Shown here: piece after piece, positions 57,832 through 64,000 of the stretch | Numbering within the stretch: the first letter of the stretch is position 1 | Layout of the letters: each line of letters begins with the position of its first letter | DNA from: a virus | Taxonomy: Duplodnaviria; Caudoviricetes | Virus record (IMG/VR): IMGVR_UViG_2767802241_000002 | Coordinates: 32,001-96,000 of that record | DNA length: 64,000 nucleotides | Reading direction: 5' to 3' (one strand) | Program-made: the position numbers and the translations under genes | Notes under the pieces: generated by a model | Told to the model about the DNA's origin: nothing | The model's input: the letters and a program-made list of their open reading frames with translations, nothing else | The model's database searches: none

Positions 57832-60318
57832 ATGCCAATACCATCAAAAGAGCAAATGACTGGAAGCAATGTTTCCGAATCGCAGTTTAAAAGTGGAATG
57901 GATAATATTGTTGATTATCTAAAAGATGCCGAACAAGAGAGTTTAATTCTAGATGAAGAAAGTCAGCTGAAGCTATTTAAGCCTACAGTTGGACGCCACG
58001 CCAAAACTTTAGATAGTGGAAAGGTCTGGCGCTGGGACGGCGCACGCTGGAATGATGCGGGGCTGAGTGATTTAGATTTGGCGAAAGATATTATCAACAA
58101 CCCTGTTTTAGTATTTACAACATCAATTTCAGTTGACAGCGATGGCGTTGTAACTATTCCGTCTTTCTATGCAATGAAAGTCGGTGCTATGAAACTATAT
58201 GATAGTGAATTCATTTTTGCACCAGAGGGATACGGATATGCTTATACTCTTTATTATAATTTCGATACGCATGAAATAACATTCTCGCAAGCAAGTGTTC
58301 GCCCGAAAAGTGGTAGTGAAACTTTGATCGGTGTTGCGTATCATGGCCGCTTCGCATCTGAATATGCTGTTAAGTATAAGAATGAAACAAATGTAATTCC
58401 CAAGCTATCTAATGAAGTGCTTAATGCACGTTTAGTTCCTGAGTTACCACTTGACTTTCTTTATGCATTTAATAGTCCAGACAGTCCAGATTCCGCACCA
58501 GTTGTTGCTATTAACGACACAACGTTGCAGAGCCTTGGTATTCGACATGCTCAAAAGTTAGATCCGCTTGGAAAGCGTGGTGGTTTTGCACAAGTATCTT
58601 TGTTTGATCGCAAAATAAGAAACAGTATGCACTATATACTAGCTATTCTAGTTTGCGATCCTACGGGTGTATTTGACTTCGGTACGGGTGGTGGTGCAAG
58701 GGCGTATTTCGGAAAAGCAAGCGCAAACAACTCAGATTATGCAAACTTTAAAACATTAGATGCTAGAGAATTTGACTTCAATCAGCTTAGCTCAACTGTA
58801 CGATTATACTTTTCAGAGCAACGTAATGTTGTTCTAGATCAAGCTAAGTACCCTGACTCTTATATAAATAATAGTCTGATTGGCGCACGTGTAGGCGCTG
58901 ATGCTCCAAATGTAATGTACATCAGCGGGTACTGGATCTCATATACTGCTGACATTAAAGGCTACAAGTCTCAGATTTCACTATCAGATACTTACTACCC
59001 GTCTTTTGAGCGCGTGAGTGATGCAACAATTCTGAGTTATTTGTATTTACGCAGTGTAAAAAATACTGCTGATGTATCAAAGATAAATAGTGAATTAAGA
59101 GGGTTAGAAGAGAAAAAGCAAGATAAGTTTACATCAACATTGCAAAGTCTTTATGCTGATTTACACAATCCATTGATGTCTGTGAATATTAAGTTAGTTG
59201 GTGACTCAATCACATGGGGGACAGGTGCAAGCAATGTTTCTGCATCATCCCCACGAACAGGGAGGTTAACTGATCCACGAAATACCACAGACCCAAAAAG
59301 CCCAACTTGGGCTAACTTATTGCGCCAGTATTTGGTAACCACGTTTACAGATGGGCAGTTGATAGAAGATGCACCAGGTAGTGCGTATGGTGAAAGTGAA
59401 AATATAATTATTCTCTCTAAAGATGCAAATCTATTCAAATTTGCAAATCCTAATAAAACTGTAAAATTTACAACGGAATATATAAGAACGTTAATCAAAG
59501 GTGCAGCAGTAGATAGCAAGGAATATTTAGATATTGTTCCACCAACTTATCCATCAAATTATCCTTCTGAATTTTCATTTGAAATGAATGGTTCGGGTTT
59601 TAAGATTGTTTTGGCTAAATTCGCAACAGGTACACCAGAGACATATTTTGCGAATGTTTATATTGATGGCGTTCTGCATAAAAAGATTGAGCTTACTGCT
59701 GATACAACTGCATTTAATTATGAAGAAGTTATAACACTACCAAATAACGGTAAGCATTTAATTACGATCAAAAATGAAAGTTCAATAATGAGTGCTATGC
59801 GTATTCAGAATATAGTTGTCAAAAAATCTGTAAAAGTAAGTAATGACGGAATTATTGGAAGTACGACAAAATCCTGGTTAGAACGTGTCAAGTTATCTGA
59901 GTCAATTAAACATAATGATGATTATGTATTTGTGCAGCTTGGTACAAATAACCGTGGATATGGTAGTGCTAATGATTATTCACTAAACTCTTTTTCAACT
60001 GAACTTCGAAAAATTGTTGATGATATAGATACATTATCAAACGGCAATGCAAAAGTTATTCTAATGTGTGCTAACGCGGTCACATTAAATGACTATCCGA
60101 CGTCAGAAAATAATCAACATAGTTCAATGAAAACAATCAACTCAGCAATTAAGCAAATCGCTGATGAAAAGAAATTAAGCTTTATTAGTAATTATGAAGC
60201 AACCCAGCAATTGAAGCTTGATAAAGTTGATTTCTTAAAAGATGGATTGCATCCGAATGATTACGGCTATCGAGTGATGTTTGAGAATATAAAGCGAAAT
60301 ATTGTTGATCAAAAATAG
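57832..60318 (+). CDS. Tail fibre/spike with an SGNH esterase domain
   Basis: GDSITWG, GIIGST, LGTNN and DGLHPN blocks. Confidence 0.85.
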   Translation: MPIPSKEQMTGSNVSESQFKSGMDNIVDYLKDAEQESLILDEESQLKLFKPTVGRHAKTLDSGKVWRWDGARWNDAGLSDLDLAKDIINNPVLVFTTSISVDSDGVVTIPSFYAMKVGAMKLYDSEFIFAPEGYGYAYTLYYNFDTHEITFSQASVRPKSGSETLIGVAYHGRFASEYAVKYKNETNVIPKLSNEVLNARLVPELPLDFLYAFNSPDSPDSAPVVAINDTTLQSLGIRHAQKLDPLGKRGGFAQVSLFDRKIRNSMHYILAILVCDPTGVFDFGTGGGARAYFGKASANNSDYANFKTLDAREFDFNQLSSTVRLYFSEQRNVVLDQAKYPDSYINNSLIGARVGADAPNVMYISGYWISYTADIKGYKSQISLSDTYYPSFERVSDATILSYLYLRSVKNTADVSKINSELRGLEEKKQDKFTSTLQSLYADLHNPLMSVNIKLVGDSITWGTGASNVSASSPRTGRLTDPRNTTDPKSPTWANLLRQYLVTTFTDGQLIEDAPGSAYGESENIIILSKDANLFKFANPNKTVKFTTEYIRTLIKGAAVDSKEYLDIVPPTYPSNYPSEFSFEMNGSGFKIVLAKFATGTPETYFANVYIDGVLHKKIELTADTTAFNYEEVITLPNNGKHLITIKNESSIMSAMRIQNIVVKKSVKVSNDGIIGSTTKSWLERVKLSESIKHNDDYVFVQLGTNNRGYGSANDYSLNSFSTELRKIVDDIDTLSNGNAKVILMCANAVTLNDYPTSENNQHSSMKTINSAIKQIADEKKLSFISNYEATQQLKLDKVDFLKDGLHPNDYGYRVMFENIKRNIVDQK

Positions 60319-60365
60319 TATGGCGCATATAGCGTCTTTTTTTACGTCTAAATTCAGGAAAGATC

Positions 60366-60650
60366 ATGTCTGAAAACAGTAGTGTTGTCGTCGAAACGGC
60401 GTCAGCAGCAGTAACTTCTTTGTCCTCAAAAACTGCAATGGTCGGCGGCAGTGTCGGCTTTGTTGCATGGTTTGCATCACTTGATTGGATTGCAATAGTC
60501 AGTATCTGCGTTGCAGTTGTTGGTGGTGTAATCAGCGTTTGCAATTTCTTTGTAAATCTCAAATATCAACGTCAAAAAAATAAACGTGAGCAGGAGATTC
60601 ATGAGCTCACAAAGCGAAAACTGGAAGGGGATTGCAATGTCAAAAAGTAA
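60366..60650 (+). CDS. Holin (2 TM)
   Basis: Two hydrophobic helices and a basic tail; before the lysozyme. Confidence 0.8.
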   Translation: MSENSSVVVETASAAVTSLSSKTAMVGGSVGFVAWFASLDWIAIVSICVAVVGGVISVCNFFVNLKYQRQKNKREQEIHELTKRKLEGDCNVKK

Positions 60651-61182
60651 ATATCTCATTGCTGGAACACTAGCCGCCTCGCTTACCGCAGGCGGTTTTT
60701 TTATATCTGGTGTAAGTGATCAGCAGGTGCAAGAGACTGCAAAAGCAGAAGGGTTCACAGCAAAGCCAATTATTCCAGTAAAAGGGGATGTGCCCACGAT
60801 TGGTCACGGCACGACAAAATACCCTAATGGGGTACGAGTTAAAATGTCAGATCCAGAAATTACACGTAAGCAAGCGCATGAATACTTGAAAACACATATA
60901 AATCAGGAAGCCAGAGGGTTTAACAATTCATTAAATGGGGTGAAGGTGTCTCAGGCAGAGTACGACCTTTATATGGACTTTGTTTACAACTTCGGTATTG
61001 GTAACTGGCAATCATCATCAATGCTTCGCAACTTGAAAGCAGGACAATATACGCAAGCCTGTAAGTCGCTTTTGCTATACAAGTTTTCGTCTGGTCGTAA
61101 CTGTTCTATTCGCTCGAATGGCTGCTATGGCGTCTGGACCCGACAAGTCGATCGGCATAAGAAATGCTTGGAGGCACAATGA
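60637..61182 (+). CDS. GH24 lysozyme, probable SAR endolysin
   Basis: Ala/Gly-rich N-terminal anchor; EG...GDVPTIGHG; FVYNFG. Confidence 0.85.
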   Translation: MSKSKYLIAGTLAASLTAGGFFISGVSDQQVQETAKAEGFTAKPIIPVKGDVPTIGHGTTKYPNGVRVKMSDPEITRKQAHEYLKTHINQEARGFNNSLNGVKVSQAEYDLYMDFVYNFGIGNWQSSSMLRNLKAGQYTQACKSLLLYKFSSGRNCSIRSNGCYGVWTRQVDRHKKCLEAQ

Positions 61183-61664
61183 ACTGGTACCTGATTTGGA
61201 AATACAAACACTGGATCGCAATCGCGGTCCTTTCTTTTATGTACCTTGGGCAAGTGGCTTATACCAATCATTTAGGTGGTGAGTTGCGTACGGCCGAGGC
61301 AAAACATCAAGCTTATATCGATAACCAAGAAAAACTGTTAGTGCTGGCACGGGCCGATGCTGCTGTTAAAGAAAAGCAATGGTCTGAACAACTGTTAAAA
61401 GCGGAGAGAAATTACAATGTTCGAATTAAACAAATCGCTGCTGATGCTGCTAGTGCTCAGTCCGCTGCTGACAGCTTGTCAAAGCAACTCGATACAGCCA
61501 AAAGCCGTATGTCCACAGCTCCCCGTGAGACCATCATTAAGTACGTCAATACCAGCTCAGACATACTTAAAGAGTGTGTCGCTGAATATCGAACGCTGGC
61601 AGAAGCAGCTGACGGGCACGCAGCTGATGCAAAGCGATTAATCGATGCTTGGCCTTCGGAGTAA
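61179..61664 (+). CDS. Inner-membrane spanin
   Basis: TM plus coiled coil; N-terminus nearly identical to 25031. Confidence 0.75.
   Translation: MNWYLIWKYKHWIAIAVLSFMYLGQVAYTNHLGGELRTAEAKHQAYIDNQEKLLVLARADAAVKEKQWSEQLLKAERNYNVRIKQIAADAASAQSAADSLSKQLDTAKSRMSTAPRETIIKYVNTSSDILKECVAEYRTLAEAADGHAADAKRLIDAWPSE
61417..61641 (+). CDS. Embedded outer-membrane spanin
   Basis: Lipobox LTAC; Pro-rich; nested in the +1 frame. Confidence 0.75.
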   Translation: MFELNKSLLMLLVLSPLLTACQSNSIQPKAVCPQLPVRPSLSTSIPAQTYLKSVSLNIERWQKQLTGTQLMQSD

Positions 61665-61677
61665 TGGTTTTGATTAT

Positions 61678-62856
61678 TTAGTATTTCTGCAAAGTTAATA
61701 ACCATTGTGATATTGATGTTTTAGCGATCCCTAACATTAATTCGTATGTAGGGGTCACTAATTTCTCAATGGTTTTATCCTGAGTTTCAGAAAATTGTAT
61801 AGTTTCAAAAAATTTATTGTAAATTGATTGTGGGTCTGTATGGGGTGGTTGTTTACCTGCGTGCACAAAGCCGCTTCTATAAGCATATGTCTTTTTGATG
61901 ATAGATATCAGATCATTTTTTTGCATTTTTGAAGGGTGAAATTCAGATGATGAGTCATATGGATATTCATTCCAATCATATCTTGAGATAACTATATTCT
62001 CCCAAATTTCAGGGGGAGCAAATTCAAAAATAAAATCAGTAAAGATATCAGTCAAAGCTTTCTTGTCATTTGCATGTCTAATTCTTTTATATTCTGCAAA
62101 TAATTCCTCGAGTGATGGATCGCCTTTAGTTAGTTCTTGCCAGTGACTTTCTTTAAGCCTTGTATCAATGTTACGTTCAACTTTTAGACTGTTTTTGTTG
62201 TTCTGAGCAACAGCCTCAATAGCTGAAATCAATAATAAATATGCTAAACCAAAATCGTCTCTTTTAAAAACCAGAGATAATTGAAGTAACCGTATAGACT
62301 GAAGAAAAATTACATAGTTCTTTTCGCTAATGGTTTTTAAATTTTCAATAAGTTCATTTAATTCGAGTATAAAACAATCCTCTTCATCTGTTTTAAGTAA
62401 GCTGATATGAGCTCCTGGGCCAGCTGCTAAGAATGGAAGAGTTAATGCAACTTCATCGATACAGTGCTGTGGAATATTATTAATGTCATTAAACTCTAAT
62501 CCGTAGCCATTTCGTGGGCTTTTAACTGGGGTTAGCGTCACAAAACTGACTAATGTACTAAGAATTTCTCCAAACAGATGTGGTTGTGTGGATAGTTTAT
62601 TTAATATCCAATTAGGATTTTCAAGAAAACTAAAAAGCGATTTATAAGAAGCAGGAAGACTAATACTTATACTTGGTTGAATGGTGAAATCCGCAAGTTT
62701 CCAAGGTTTACTTATTTCAAAAGTTGTGCTTATACAACTAAATGATGGTTGTTTTTCACCAAATTGGAATTCCTGATTCTTGTTGTATAAATCTGATCGC
62801 AAGTAGTATAAACACTCTTCGAACAAAACATGGTCTGCTAATACAAATCTAGGCAT
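61678..62856 (-). CDS. HEPN-domain protein (Apea-like), candidate defence gene
   Basis: AYLLLISAIEA helix and YAYRSGFVHAG RxxxxH motif; AT-rich; convergent with the lysis genes. Confidence 0.7.
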   Translation of the reverse strand: MPRFVLADHVLFEECLYYLRSDLYNKNQEFQFGEKQPSFSCISTTFEISKPWKLADFTIQPSISISLPASYKSLFSFLENPNWILNKLSTQPHLFGEILSTLVSFVTLTPVKSPRNGYGLEFNDINNIPQHCIDEVALTLPFLAAGPGAHISLLKTDEEDCFILELNELIENLKTISEKNYVIFLQSIRLLQLSLVFKRDDFGLAYLLLISAIEAVAQNNKNSLKVERNIDTRLKESHWQELTKGDPSLEELFAEYKRIRHANDKKALTDIFTDFIFEFAPPEIWENIVISRYDWNEYPYDSSSEFHPSKMQKNDLISIIKKTYAYRSGFVHAGKQPPHTDPQSIYNKFFETIQFSETQDKTIEKLVTPTYELMLGIAKTSISQWLLTLQKY

Positions 62857-63336
62857 ATTCTAACTAACCTTAATTAAAACAATCAGAAGGGTAACATGAT
62901 AATTTAAAATATGTATGACGGTTTGAGATTAGCGTACGATGTTGTCACCTAATTTTGTTGTTGTAAATAATGTGGTAGTTTACGACAGGTTTCTTGACAG
63001 CTTATAATTCTAGATAGTGATACACTATCAAAAATAAAACATAACATATTGAAAAACATGAATATAAAAATAATAGAGTTTAATAGCAATTCATTGAAAC
63101 GGGTTCAACTCCCATCACCCCTTAAATTTATCCCTGCATCTTTCCTGGTTAGGATTCATTTTTAATATTCCGCATTTTTCCACATGTATTAACCTAACTA
63201 TATGATATTTATTTTAATAATTTCCCCGACCCTCGGGACCAAGATTCAGAATCTTAGATTCTATAAAAAACCCCAAGCATATAAGCCTTGGGGTTTTTTT
63301 ATTGTCTAAATTTAAAGGCAGTGAAAAGCAGTCTAC

Positions 63337-63537
63337 GTTGCTGACAGCTTGTCAAAGCAACTCAGTGAAGCCCAACGCCGTGTGCCCACAGCTACCACCA
63401 AAACCATCGTTGAATACATCGATGCCAGCGCAGACGTACTCAAAGCGTGCGTCGCTGAATATCGAACAGTGGCAGAAGCAGCTGACGGACACGCAGCTGA
63501 TGCACGGCGATTGAGTGAGGGGTGGCCAATAGATTAG
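63337..63537 (+). pseudogene. Remnant 3' part of a second spanin pair
   Basis: Diverged copy of 61464-61664 in both frames, lacking the 5' TM/signal region. Confidence 0.75.
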
Positions 63538-63620
63538 GCCACTCTAAATTTACACAACAAAATTGAGACTTGTATTTGATTATGATAAAAATATGCAAAA
63601 TATTTTAGAAAAGAAGAACG

Positions 63621-64000
63621 ATGAAAGGTTTTGCAATTCATAATGCCCCAACGGATCACGGCGGTTTAATTCCATCGACTCAGGTTAGAAGCTCACAGCA
63701 AGGCAATTTATTTGTACGTGCTGGTGATGGTCATTTTTGCCCTAAGTGTAAATGCTGGTCTACAGTAATCAAAAGCCACGATCTCATAATCTTTGATGGT
63801 AAGGCTGTGGCTTATGCAGGGGACAAGTTAACTTGCGGTGCAACTATTCAACCACAGCAATCTCATGTTGTGGGAGATAGTGGAGGGGTTAATTATACTG
63901 GTGTTGACAATTTAAAAGTGGAAATTTTAAGTTACTCTGATAAATATCAGCTTTTAGATGAAAGTACATCTGAGCCACTTATTAATCAGCATTATAAAAT
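63621..64000 (+). CDS. PAAR-domain protein (partial, runs off the window)
   Basis: MKGFAIHNAPTDHGG...RAGDGHFCPKC...AYAGDKLTCGATI. Confidence 0.8.
   Translation, partial: MKGFAIHNAPTDHGGLIPSTQVRSSQQGNLFVRAGDGHFCPKCKCWSTVIKSHDLIIFDGKAVAYAGDKLTCGATIQPQQSHVVGDSGGVNYTGVDNLKVEILSYSDKYQLLDESTSEPLINQHYK

Larger units (their letters stand above)
25737..63537 (+). mobile_element. Prophage 2 (near-complete; right boundary and integrase not seen)
   Basis: Lambdoid order: xis, recombination, cI/cro, replication, Q, packaging, head, tail, lysis. Confidence 0.85.

Noticed and set aside
1021-61705. Many short antisense or alternate-frame ORFs inside structural genes (e.g. 1021-1296, 13561-13833, 50208-50618, 59151-59519)
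   Set aside because: Shadow frames of long genes, without RBS or recognisable motifs
1-64000. CRISPR array, retron, diversity-generating retroelement or tail-fibre shufflon
   Set aside because: No regularly spaced repeat-spacer array, reverse transcriptase, invertase or TR/VR repeat pair was seen

Overview
The window holds two tandem temperate siphovirus-type prophages. The likely host is Acinetobacter, inferred from base composition and gene families. Prophage 1 (1-~25.7 kb) is present only as its right half: tail genes, a ~10 kb accessory island between the tail chaperone and tape-measure genes, tail tip/fibre and lysis genes. The island carries a Panacea TA pair, two mirror-image P22 immI-like Mnt/Arc/antirepressor modules with antisense-RNA-like hairpins, an IS4 element, envelope morons and a second, frameshift-less tail chaperone paralogue. 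The junction at 25.6-25.8 kb is a tRNA-Val(GAC) 3' fragment with IHF and arm-type sites on both sides. Prophage 2 (~25.75-63.5 kb or beyond) runs xis-like gene, recombination, cI/cro/cII, replication, a split C5 methylase, Q, packaging, head, tail and lysis, and carries two HEPN-motif morons. No integrase is visible in the window. The window ends in a spanin remnant and a partial PAAR gene. The strongest novelty candidates are the truncated chaperone paralogue, the twin RNA-controlled antirepressor modules, a circularly permuted M23 peptidase inside a tape-measure protein, and several small peptide/RNA morons missed by the ORF track. Family assignments come from motif recognition and synteny only; no database searches were run.
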